DNA of 64,000 nt from assembly GCA_014905635.1 (NCBI GenBank), contig CM026547.1, positions 1,240,001-1,304,000 of the forward strand, given 5' to 3'. This DNA is from Scenedesmus sp. PABB004 (lineage: Eukaryota). Numbering within the stretch: position 1 is the stretch's first letter; every line of letters begins with the position of its first letter. Positions 12,763-22,684 of the stretch are shown here, piece by piece. A model generated the notes under the pieces. The model was not told where the DNA came from. It did not search any database and worked only from the letters and a program-made list of their open reading frames with translations. The position numbers were made by a program, and so were the translations under genes.

Positions 12763-14951
12763 ACTGCGCCTGGCCGGGCTGCGCGCGGCTGTCGGCGCCG
12801 CCCATCGGGCTGCCGCTGCGCGCCATGCTGCTCGCCGGGCGGCCGTAGGGCGGTGCGCGCGCGGCCTGGTCGGCCGCCTCCTGCGCCTCCAGCGCCTGCA
12901 GCCGGCCCAGGCCGCCGCCGCTGCCGCGGCTGCGCCCGCCGCTCGCGCCGGCAGCGCCGCTCCAGCCGCCGCCGCCGCCAAAGCCGCCGCTGTCCATGGC
13001 GCTGGGCCCGCCCGGCGCTGCCGGCGGCAGGCGCGCGGCGGCGCCGCCGCCGCGCCCGCCCTGCGGCGTCGCGCCGCCGGTGTGCCCGCCCCTGCCGCCC
13101 CCGCCGCCGCCGGCCCAGGTAGTGGTCGGGTGGATGGTCTCCGCGCCGCCCGCCGGCGCGGCCGCCACGGCCGCCGCGCGGGCGCCCACACCCGCGCCCG
13201 CGCCCGGCGCCGGCGGCGCGTCCCAGCCGTCGTCGTCGGCGATCTGCGACTCCTGCAGCGTCGCCAGGATGAGCTCGGCGGTGAAGTCCACCTCCTGCGC
13301 AGGCGCGGCGGGGCGGGGGCGGCTCGTACACGCCCGGGCGCCCCGCTGTGCGCACGCGCCGCGCCGCGCCGCGCCGCGCCTGCGCGCCGCGCATGTGCGG
13401 CGTCGCGAGCAGCGGCACGCCGGGCGCGTCGAACCGCAGCGCGACGTCGGCGCCGACGTCGACGCAGAGGCCCAGCAGCGCGCGGAGGTCTTTGAGGTTG
13501 ATCGTCACGTCGCTCGTCGCCGCGCCGCTGTGCGCGTAGCGCTTGAACACGCTGCGGCAGTCGAGCTGCACGATCGTGTGCAGCGACCGCCCACCCGCGC
13601 CTGCGGTCGCGCCGGCGGGCGCCGCGTGCGCGCGGGCGGCGGCCGGCCCGCGCGGCGCGCGCGGCCCGCGCGCCGAGCGCCCCGTGTGCCCGCCCCGCCG
13701 CCGCCGCGCCTGCCCTGCCCCGCCCCGCCGCGCGCCGCACCCTTGGCTGGGTCATAGAAGCTCTGGATCTGCACCGCGCGCTGCGCCGCCGCGGCCGCGG
13801 CGGCGGTGCCGTCGTGGGGCTGGTGCTGCTGGTCGGGCTGGGCGATGATCGTGACCTCGTCCAGCGTCGACTGGAACGTGTTGAGCAGCCTGCCGCGGCG
13901 CCAACGCGCCCGCGTGCGCGTGGGCAGCGCTCGAACCGTGGCGGCGCGGGGGCGCGGGGCTGCCGCCGCACGCGCGCGCGCGCGCGCGCGATCGCGCCGC
14001 ACTTGTTGAGCTCGGCCGCCTCGGCCACGACGCACACCGGCAGCAGCTGGCCGTCCAGGTTGGCCTGCAGGATGTCGCTCGAGCTCACGTCCAGGCCGTA
14101 ACGCTTCAGTAGGCCTCCCGGGGGGCGCCAGGGGTGAGCGAGTGGGCGGGCGGCAGGCGGGCAGCGCCGGCTGCCGGGCGGTGCAGGCGCAAGCAAACCG
14201 CAGGCGCCCCGAGCCCGACCAGGCCGGCGCCGCGCCAGCGCCTGTGCTGCGCCCGCACGGCGCCGGCTCACCGTTTTCGCACTTGAGCGTCACGCGCAGC
14301 AGCGCCTGCTCGGGGCAGAGCTCAAACACCATGCTCGACACGCGCGTCGAGCGGAACGCGGCCAGCAGGTGCTGCGCGGCGCGCGCGGGCACGGGCACGT
14401 CGGCCCGCCGCCCGCCGAGCGCGGCGCGCCCGCCTGCGCGCGGCGCTGGGGCGCTGGCGGCGCCGCCTGCCGCCGCCGGCCTCGCCCGCCCCGCGCGCGC
14501 CGCCGCCTGCCTGCCGGCTGGCGGCGCACCTTGATGAGCACGCCGGCCTGCACGAGGCCGGTCGCGCCAAAGAGGCTGTAGCTCTCGAAGAACTGGCAGG
14601 ACAGCGTGACCGCGAGGAAGGCTGAGCGCGCGCTGTTGATGGAGCGCAGCACCAGCTGCGGCGGGCGGCGCGCGGCGCGGGTTTGAACGCGGCCGCGCTG
14701 CTGCGCCGCGCGGCGGAGGGCGAGCGCGCCGCCGGCAGCGCGGAGGGCGCGTCGTGCGGTCCCCCACCCGCTCGGGGATGCCCTCCACCAGCAGCTCCGA
14801 CCCTGCCGGGGCGGCCGGCGGTGGCGCGGGCGGCGCCGCGCGCGGCGCTCGCTGCTTCTGCCGCCGCCGCACCTATGGCGGCCAGCGCCTTGAGCGCGGT
14901 GCGGAAGCGCTTGATCTGCACGCCCACCAGCACGAAGCTGAGCGAGGCCAT
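12293..14951 (-). CDS. RAD9: RAD9 checkpoint clamp (9-1-1 complex) subunit with long low-complexity tail
   Basis: Spliced product: FRTALKALAAIGSELLVE...LVLRSINSARSAF...FFESY...LKCENGLLKRY...INLKDLRALLGLC...VALRFDAPGVPLL...AELILATL. C-terminal DDELPATPP. About 7 introns, one GC-AG (13379-13295). Confidence 0.88.
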
Positions 14952-15294
14952 GGCTCCGGGCGCCCGCAGCGGCCGCGGTGGCGCCGTTCAAGCAGATGCC
15001 TCGCCCTGCCCGCGCGTGGGCTGCGCGTGGGCGGTGCGCGCGCGCAGAGATCGTCGCGTGTCGCTCGGCAGCACTCCCGGCCGCTCCACGCGGGCGCGTT
15101 CGCGGGCGCGGGCAATGCGCTGCCGCGGCCTGGCGCGCGCCGCGGCGCTGGCACGCCGCTGCGCCGAGAAGGGAGCCGTGAGTGCGTGCACGGTGCAGCT
15201 GTGACGGGCGCGCGGCGCGCTGTGGCGCCGGCGCGTCATGGCTGCCCTCGGACGCGTCGCACGTCACGCTGAGTCGCGACGCACCGCCGCCGGC

Positions 15295-15302
15295 GCATAA
15301 AG
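15295..15302 (+). promoter_or_regulatory. TATA-like element of the LEA-like gene, with an ACGT-core motif (GCACGTCAC) ~30 nt upstream
   Basis: GCATAAAG is a rare AT-rich island about 120 nt upstream of ATG 15418; ACGT core at ~15259-15267. Confidence 0.4.
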
Positions 15303-15417
15303 GCGCGCCCCGCCCCCCGTCCCCGCCACAGCGCACTCGCCCCGAGCCCTGACAGCCCGATCCAGCAGCTCCTTCGCCGCACCCCGTCGCCGCACCCGTC
15401 GCGCCGTCGCCGCCACG

Positions 15418-15665
15418 ATGATCTGCTCCCGCGCCAGCCTCGCCGCCGTCGCGGCGCCGCGCCCCGCTCCCCGCGTGGCGCTGCGCCCGGCCGCGCCCAG
15501 CCGGCCGCGCGCCGCCGTGGCGGTGCGCGCCGGCGCCGACCTCGGCGACCTCGGCGACCAGGCCAAGCAGGCGGCGCGCGACGCGAACAAGAACGTGCGC
15601 GCCGCCCCGGGGGGCACGCCCAGCACTGCGCGCCCGCGGCGGCCGCGCCGAGCCCGCGCGCGCCG

Positions 15666-15696
<31 letters not shown>

Positions 15697-16072
15697 AGGT
15701 GTCGCGCGGCGCTGAGGACCTGAAGGACTCTGCCTCCAACGCGGGCGACAAGGTCAAGAACGCCGCCAGCGACGCGGGCGACGACAACGAGGGCGTGCTG
15801 CGCAAGGCCTCCAAGAACGTCAACCGCGCGGCGGAGGACGCCAAGGACAACGTGCGCGCGCGCCGTCGCGCCCCGCGCCGCGCCAGCGCCCGCCTGCCGC
15901 GCCGCTGAGCCGCGCGCTCCGCCGCCGCCGCCACCGCACCGCCGCCCGCGCACCGCGCCGCGCGCAGGTGGCCGAGACGTACAAGTCGGCCAAGGAGTCG
16001 GCCTCCGACGCGGTCAAGGACGTCAAGCGCGGCGCGGAGGACCTGGGCGACCGCATCACCGGCAAGGAGTGA
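15418..16072 (+). CDS. Small LEA/CsbD-like hydrophilic protein with plastid transit-peptide-like N-terminus
   Basis: Exons 15418-15594, 15699-15851 and 15968-16072. Arg/Ala/Pro leader ending AVAVRA, then Ala/Asp/Lys repeats (DQAKQAARDANKN, AEDLKDSASNAGDKVKNAASDA, KESASDAVKDVKRGAEDLGDRITGKE). Confidence 0.75.
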
Positions 16073-16212
16073 GCGCCGCCGCCAGGCCCTGGGGGAGGAG
16101 GCCCCGCTGCCGTGAGCGGGCCGTGAGCAGGCCGAGCGCGGGGTCTGCGTGCCTGCGCGCTGCGTGTTGTGTGTGTGTGTTGCGAGTCGGTGCTGAAATT
16201 TTGAGGCGGCGC

Positions 16213-16217
16213 TGTAA
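16213..16217 (+). terminator. Chlorophyte-type polyadenylation signal TGTAA (LEA-like gene)
   Basis: TGTAA ~140 nt after the stop. Equivalent signals at 31849-31853 (-), 55031-55035 (-) and 63845-63849 (+). Confidence 0.55.
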
Positions 16218-16419
16218 CCGAGCTGGCCGCGACCCGACCGCGCGCGTGTCACAGCCGCGCCCGATCCCGCGCCCGCGCGCGGCGCCTGGCTGCAGGCCCT
16301 CGCGTTTGACAGTCGTCTCGCGCGCGGCGGCAGCGGCACACCCATCCTGCCTGCCTGGTCAAGCAATGTGGCTACCTACCTACACAGTCCCCCGCGCCAG
16401 CCCCCCGCCGGCCCGCAGG

Positions 16420-18567
16420 TCACGTGAGCAGCAGCTTATCACGAATGTGGGTGTTGTGCGCGTGCTTGACGTCCGCGTCATGCTGCCGCGCCTCCTCCGC
16501 GGCCGCCTCGGCCGCCACGTCGTTGCCCACCGCGTCCGCCAGCTCCATCACCGCCGCCGCGTCGGCCTCCGCCATGCCCGTCTCGGCGGCGATGTCCGCG
16601 GCCGCGACCGCGCCGCCGCCGCCGTCCGGCGCCGCTGCGGCGGCGTCGGCGGCTGCGCCGTGGCCGTGCGCCGGCGCGGTGAGCTGGCCGTTGTCGTTGT
16701 GCGCCAGCGCGTCCCCGGCGGCCGCGTCCGCGGCCGCCGGGTCGGCCGCCGCCGCAGCCGTGGCCGGGTCGGCCGCCGCCGCGACCGGCGCCGGGTCGGC
16801 CGCCGGGGCTGGGTCGGCCGGCGCCTGCGCGCCGTCGGGCGCCAGCAGCGCCCGCTCCGCCTGCTGCTGCTCGGCCCAGCGCCGCGCGCGGCGCCGCGCG
16901 GCGCGCTCCGCGCCGGCCGTGCCGGGCGCGCCGGCCGCGCCGGGCGCGTGCGTGTGCGCGCCGTCGACGGTGTGGACGGTGGTGCCGCTGATCTGCACGA
17001 GCTGCCGGATGGCCGCCTCGATGCCCTTCATCGCCTGGCTCGGCGCGTGCAGGCGCAGCATGAGCCCGCTGCCGATCAGCAGCGACTTGAGCCGCCCCGC
17101 GTCCGACATCGCGCACCAGCCCTGCAGTGGCGCGCGGGCGCGGGCGTGTGGGCGAGTGCCGCGGCGGCGGCGCACGCGGGGGCGCGCGCGGCTCGGCCGC
17201 CCGCCCCGGACTGGCCGGCCGCCGGAGCGCGCCGCCGCCACGCGCCTGGGCCTTGCCGTCGGGCGTGAGGCACTCAAACGGCGCGCCCTCGCTCATCGCG
17301 AGCTCGCCCCAGAAAAAGTCGAGCACGCCGCGCCCGACCGGCCAGCTCGCGTTGCTGAACCCGCTGCTCGTGCGCACGCCCGACAGCGTGTCGGCGTCGA
17401 GCAGCAGCTGCCGGCTGAACACCGGGTCGCGGTGCGCGTCGGGCGCCGGCGGCGCGGGCGCAGCCGGCGGCGGCGTGGGCAGGCCCGCGGCGGCGCGGTC
17501 CCTGATGGCCGCGACAAAGGCGCGCTGGTCGACGTCCAGCACGAAGCACTTGGACACCTGCGACGCGTCGCCGCGCAGCGCCGCCTCGACGACCTCGGCG
17601 GGGCAGTCCCGCCCCGCCTTGACCGCGACGTCCCCGGGCGTCGCGTAGGCGTAGTGCAGCACGAGCGTGCTGTTGGACACCACGGGGCGCCACAGGCCGT
17701 GCGGGTTGTCCGGCGTCGCCCAGCTGACGCGCGCGGCGGGCGGCGCGGCGCGGGCCGTCGTGGCCGGGCGCGGCGGCGCGGCGCGGCGCGGCGCGGCGCG
17801 GGCAGTGCGGCCGCACGGCGCGGCGCCGCGCGTGCGCGCGCCGCCGCACCGCTTGTCCGCGGGGCCCAGGAAGACGTGCGGCCCGCCCTGCGTCACGCCC
17901 GGCGCGTCGGGGCGCACCGCCGACTTGCCGTTGGTGTAGAGGTGCAGCCAGGCGTCCGAGTGGCCCTGCTTGAAGATGTAACTGCGGCCGGCAGCAGGCG
18001 TCGGGGCGTGCGCAGCGTGCGTGGCGGGGCCGGGCGCGCGTGCGCGGCCCCCGCGCCGCTGCCGCCGCTGCCGCTGCCGCTGCCGCTGCCGCGCAGCGCA
18101 CCGGTAGGGCTGCGCCGCGGGCGGCACGAGGTGGCGGTGCGCCCGGAAGAGCGTGACCTGCTCGTAGCGGTTGGTGAGGTCGGCGGCCTCGGGCACGCCC
18201 TCGACGTTCACAAAGCTGCGCCGCGGCGGCGAGGGGCGGCAGCGTTGGCAGGGAGCGGCCGCGCGGGCGTCGGCGGCGTCAGCGCGCCGCGTCGCGCGCC
18301 GCACCGGATGCTGGGCACGCTCTCGGGCGCGCCGCAGAGCTCTGGCAGCAGGCTGAACGCGCCGCCCGCGTCGCCCGCGGCGGGCGCGGCGCCCGGGTGC
18401 AGCAGCTCATCCGGGTCCATGTGCAGCAGCCACGCCACGCCGTCCTCCTTGGCCGCCGCGAGCGCCTTGGTCACGGCATACGCTGCGCGCCCGCGGCAAC
18501 GGCGGGTGACGCGCCGGGGCGACCGCGGCGGCGCGCGGGCCCTGCAGTGCACCGGCTTGCGCGCGCG

Positions 18568-18608
<41 letters not shown>

Positions 18609-20231
18609 CCTGCTTGGTCATGAGGGCGTAGTTGCCCGGCTGGCTGCTCCACTCCTTGATGTGCGTGTCGGGCACGCTCGCCTCCCACGCGGCAAAGTCG
18701 GCCGTCTGCGTCGCATTGGCGAGGGGCGCGCTCGCCAGCAGCACGACCACGCGCGGCGAGAGGTCGTGCAGCGCCTGCGCGGGCGTGCGGGGGCGGGGCC
18801 GGGCGGGGCGGCGCGGTCAGCGCGGTCAGCGCGGCTGGGCGGCTGCCGGGGCGCCCGCGGGCGGCTTTGGCAGGCCGCGTGACCGCGCACCGTGAGCGTC
18901 GCGCTGTCGCCGCCCTCGTACAGCACGTACAGCCGCGCCACGCCCAGCTCGGCGTGGTAGGTCAGCCACGGCAGCAGCTCCTGGCGCAGGCCCCACACGT
19001 CGCCCGCCCACGTCGTCACCAGCGCGAGCTTGCACGGCGCGCGCTCGTGCATCAGCTGCAGCGCGCCCAGCGCATACTCCAGCCTGAACTCCAGCGTGTC
19101 CAGGTCGGCCTCTGCGTCGGCGTAGGGCTCGACGTGCGTGATGCCCAGCTGCGCCGCGGTTGGCCGCGACTGCCGCGCCAGCGCGTCCTGCGAGTGCGCG
19201 CGCCAGGCCCGGCGTCGGCGCCGCGGCCGGCGACGGGCGCCGCGCCGTGCTGCGGCTTGCGACGGGCGCCGCGCCGCGCCGCGCCGTGCACCTGCCAACT
19301 GAGCGTGACGTTGGTGGCCGCCACGGCGCCGTAGTAGTGCCGCAGCTCGGCCACGGGGTCGTGCCCGCTCTCGGTCAGCGGGTCGCTCGTGCGCAGGCTG
19401 ATGGCCGCGGCGACGCGCGAGAGGCGGCCCATCAGCTGGTCCGCGCGCGCCAGCTCGCGCACCTGCGCCGCCTGCGCCTCGCGCGAGAGCGTGGGCAGCG
19501 CCGCCGTCGCCGCCGCCACGCTGGACGAGACCTCGTCGATCTGCCGCTCCACCTGCGGCGGCCGGGCCGGAGCGCGGCGCCCGGCGGTCGGCGCGCCGCG
19601 CGCGCGTCGCCTCCGGCCGCACACGCGCCCGTCCCGCCCCCTCCCTCGCCAGCTCGGCGGTCACCTTGTGCAGCATGTTGAGCTCCGCATCGACGCGCTC
19701 CTGCGGGAAGTACTGCTCCACGTCGGCGCCGGCCGAGCCGTTGGCGGACGCCGCGCCCGCGGTGGCCGCCTGCAGCTGGCGCTCCTGCTGCACGAAGCGC
19801 GTCTGCAGCTCCAGCATCGCCTTGGCCTGTCGCGGCGGCGGGGGCGCGGGCGCGGTGAGGAGCTGAGCGCCGCGTGCGCGGCCGCCCTCCTCGCGGCGCG
19901 GCGCACCTGGCGGTTGATGGTGTCCTGCTGCTGTTGAACCACGCGGCTCATCGCCGCCAGCTGCTCGGCCTCCTTTGCCGACTGCGCGTCGTGCAGCGGG
20001 TCCGCCGCCGCCGCCGCGGGCGCGGAGGACGCCGCCGCCGCGACGACGGTGGCCGGGTGCGCAGCGGACGCGACGGCTGCTGCCGGCGCCGCCGCCGCCC
20101 CCGGCGCGCTGGCCGGCTCTGCCGCGGCCGCCGCAGGGCTGACCGCGCCGCTGAGCGGCTGCGTGGGGACGGGCGCCGGCGCCGGGGCGGGCGGCAAGGC
20201 GCTGCCGTGCGCTGGCGCTGCGGGTGCAACG

Positions 20232-20288
<57 letters not shown>

Positions 20289-20972
20289 TCGCGCATGCGG
20301 CGCTCGTACGACTGGCGGTGCTGCTCAATGAGGTGCTGCCGCGCAGAGTGGTTGCTGCTGGCAGACACGATGCGGCCGTTGTCAGCCCTGCAGGCGCCAC
20401 GCGGCAGGGTGGACGCAGCGCGAGGCCGTCAGCGGCGGGCCCGGCGGACGGGCCGAGGCCGCGCGCGAGCCCCGTTCCGCGGCCGCCGCGCGCCGGCGGG
20501 GCGCGCCAGCGGCGTGTCGCGCAAAGCGCGTGCGTGCAAGCGCGCATGCGTGCGCACGCGACGGTCGCCGCCGGGCCCCGCACCCGTCAGCGGGCGGCGC
20601 CGCGCCGTCCGCGTCGGCGGCGGCGAGCGCCTTGCGCCCCGGGCGCGCGAGCTTGATGCTCAGGTCGTCCACCGCGTGCAGCGCGCGGCCGTGCGAGTGC
20701 CCGGCGTCCAGTTCCGGCGCCAGCGGCTCTGCCAGCTCGCCGCCGCCCGCCCAGACCGCGGTGCGCCACACCGCCAGCACGCCCAGCACGAGCAGCAGCG
20801 CGCCCGCGGCGCCGCCCGCCCGCAGCGCGAGGCGCCTGCTCGCATCGCGCCGCCGGCCGGGGCCCAGGCGGCTGGAGGAGTAGGAGTAGCGGGGGGAGCC
20901 GGGCAGCGTGCCGTCGCGCAGGCTGGCCGCGAAGAGCCCGTCCTGCGCGCTGGCCCGGGCCGCGCGCAGCAT
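16420..20972 (-). CDS. KOBITO1/ELD1-like glycosyltransferase-fold protein (type II membrane anchor, polyQ/coiled-coil stem)
   Basis: TM segment GALLLVLGVLAVW. Motifs WLTYHAELGVARLYVLYEG, GVAWLLHMDPDELLHP (DxD), FVNVEGVPE...EQVTLFR, YTNGKSAVR, GGPH, VLHYAY and KCFVLDVDQRAF. About 10 introns, one GC-AG (donor 17245). Confidence 0.75.
18576..18604. repeat. (CA)n microsatellite preceded by (CG)n, intronic
   Basis: Direct reading; lies in an intron of the KOBITO1-like gene. Confidence 0.9.
20233..20288 (-). repeat. (CAG)n tract encoding polyglutamine
   Basis: REQQQQ...QHV within the stem region of the glycosyltransferase. Confidence 0.85.
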
Positions 20973-21370
20973 CGCGAGCAGGTCGGGCTCAGAGCATGTG
21001 GGAGGTGTGCGGCAGATCCACGCCAGCGCGTGGGCAGCGCTGGCCGCAGCTGGGGGCGCGCTGGCGCAGCTCGGGGGCGCGATGCGCGAGATGCGAAAAC
21101 CGTTGTGGTCGGCCCGAGCCCAGATGCCCGAGAGCTGCGCGGCGGCGACCTCCTTGCACCTCCGCGAGAGCACCGGGCAGGCGGACGGGGGCTGGGGCGA
21201 GCTAAGCCCCCGGGCAGTACTGCGAACAGTATCGCCGCGCTGGCCGAGCCGCCGCGCGCCGGCCGAGCGTCCGAGCTGAGCAGCCAGCACACATTGTTCT
21301 TCAACGCCTGCCGCGATTTGGTTTGAACACCTCCACCGCGCGATCGACGGGCACGGGCGCCGGCGCGGGT

Positions 21371-21676
21371 GTGAGAGGTCGCGCCCCGCCGCAGCGCACG
21401 CACCGCCAGTCCTGCCAGCCCGCTCCAGCAGCTCCGTCCAGCAGCTCCGCCACACCCGCACCCGTTGCACGCGCCGCCATGATCTGCGCCCGCGCCAGCC
21501 GCGGCGCCGCGACGCTGCGGGGCGCGGGGCCCGCGCCGCGCGCGGCGCTGCGCCCGGCAGCGCCCAGCCGGCCGCGCGCCGCCGCGCACGTGCCGCCGCG
21601 GCGGTGCGCGACGGCGGCGACGCCGGCGACCAGGCCAAGCAGGCGGCGCGCGACGCCAGCAAAAGAGCGTGCGCGC
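21371..21676 (+). pseudogene. Degenerate copy of the promoter, 5'UTR and exon 1 of the LEA-like gene (15418)
   Basis: ATGATCTGCGCCCGCGCCAGCC at 21479 vs ATGATCTGCTCCCGCGCCAGCC at 15418. Shared GGCGACCAGGCCAAGCAGGCGGCGCGCGACGC and UTR CAGCCCG.TCCAGCAGCTCC. Frameshifted; exons 2-3 absent. Confidence 0.85.
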
Positions 21677-22684
21677 ACAGCGTGGCGCGCGCGCCGTGCA
21701 CGGCGTGCGGCGCACGCCCCAGCCCGCCGCTGCGCGCGCGTGGCCGGTCCCGCGCATGCCCGCCGCGCCGTCTGGCCGCCATCTGGGCGGCGCACGCGGC
21801 CAGCCCGGCGGCGCCAGGGCCCACAAGTGGCGGCGCCGATGTACGCGGGCTGCGCCGCCGCCGCCCGTCCCGCGCGCTCCGGTGCCCGAGAGCCGGGGCG
21901 GCGCCGCGTGGGCATGGGAAAAACGCGCCCGCAACAACAGATCCGCGCTGCACGTATGCGCGGACATTCGCCGCCCACTGACCACCGTCCCCTGCCGGAC
22001 CAGCTTCTTGTGCCCGCATGATGCCCCGGGTGGCGCATCCGCGCCCCGCGAGCCCGGAGGAGGCACCCTGAAGAGCGTGGGCGCGACGGGGCACCCGCTC
22101 ACTGCCACACGCGCCCCCCACGCGCGCCGCGGCAGCCACGCTGCGACGCTCGCCTCCGCCCGCCCCGCCCTGCCGCACGCCCCTGCCCGGCCCGTCTCCG
22201 GCGATCCGGCGCCCAGCCCCCGACATCGTGGCCACTGCGCCGCGCGCAGACGACCGCCAGGTGCGCCTGGGGCTTCGCGCGGCGCGCCCGCCCCCGAATG
22301 TGGGCGCCCCGGCGCCGCAGCCCTGCCGCGCGCGGCGGGGCTGCTTTTCTCCGAGCGAGCGGCCGGCTGGGCGGGCGTGCGGGACTAGATTCGCGCGCTG
22401 GCGCCGGGGCCGGCCGGCGCGAGCGCGGCCCGTCGGGGGAGGGCCGCTGCCACGGCCCTCGCATCCCGGGGATGATCCCGGGCGCATGATGCGTGCGCCG
22501 GCGCAGCGGGAGCTGCGCCCACTCTTTGGCGGCCCAACGCCGCCGCTGCCGCCGCCGCCCGCAGGCAGACCGGAGCCCGCGCCCCGCCCCCGCCCGCCAG
22601 CGCCCGGCGCCGCCGGCGCAGCAGCACCGCCGGCGCAGCAGCACTAGCCGTCGCGGCTGAGGCGCGGCGCAGCGTCGGGCAGCC

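Noticed and set aside
21680..22684. P1BS (GNATATNC) phosphate-starvation elements upstream of the SPX gene
   Set aside because: I found no match by eye; only a weak CATCCC-G-GGGATG palindrome near 22462, which is insufficient evidence.
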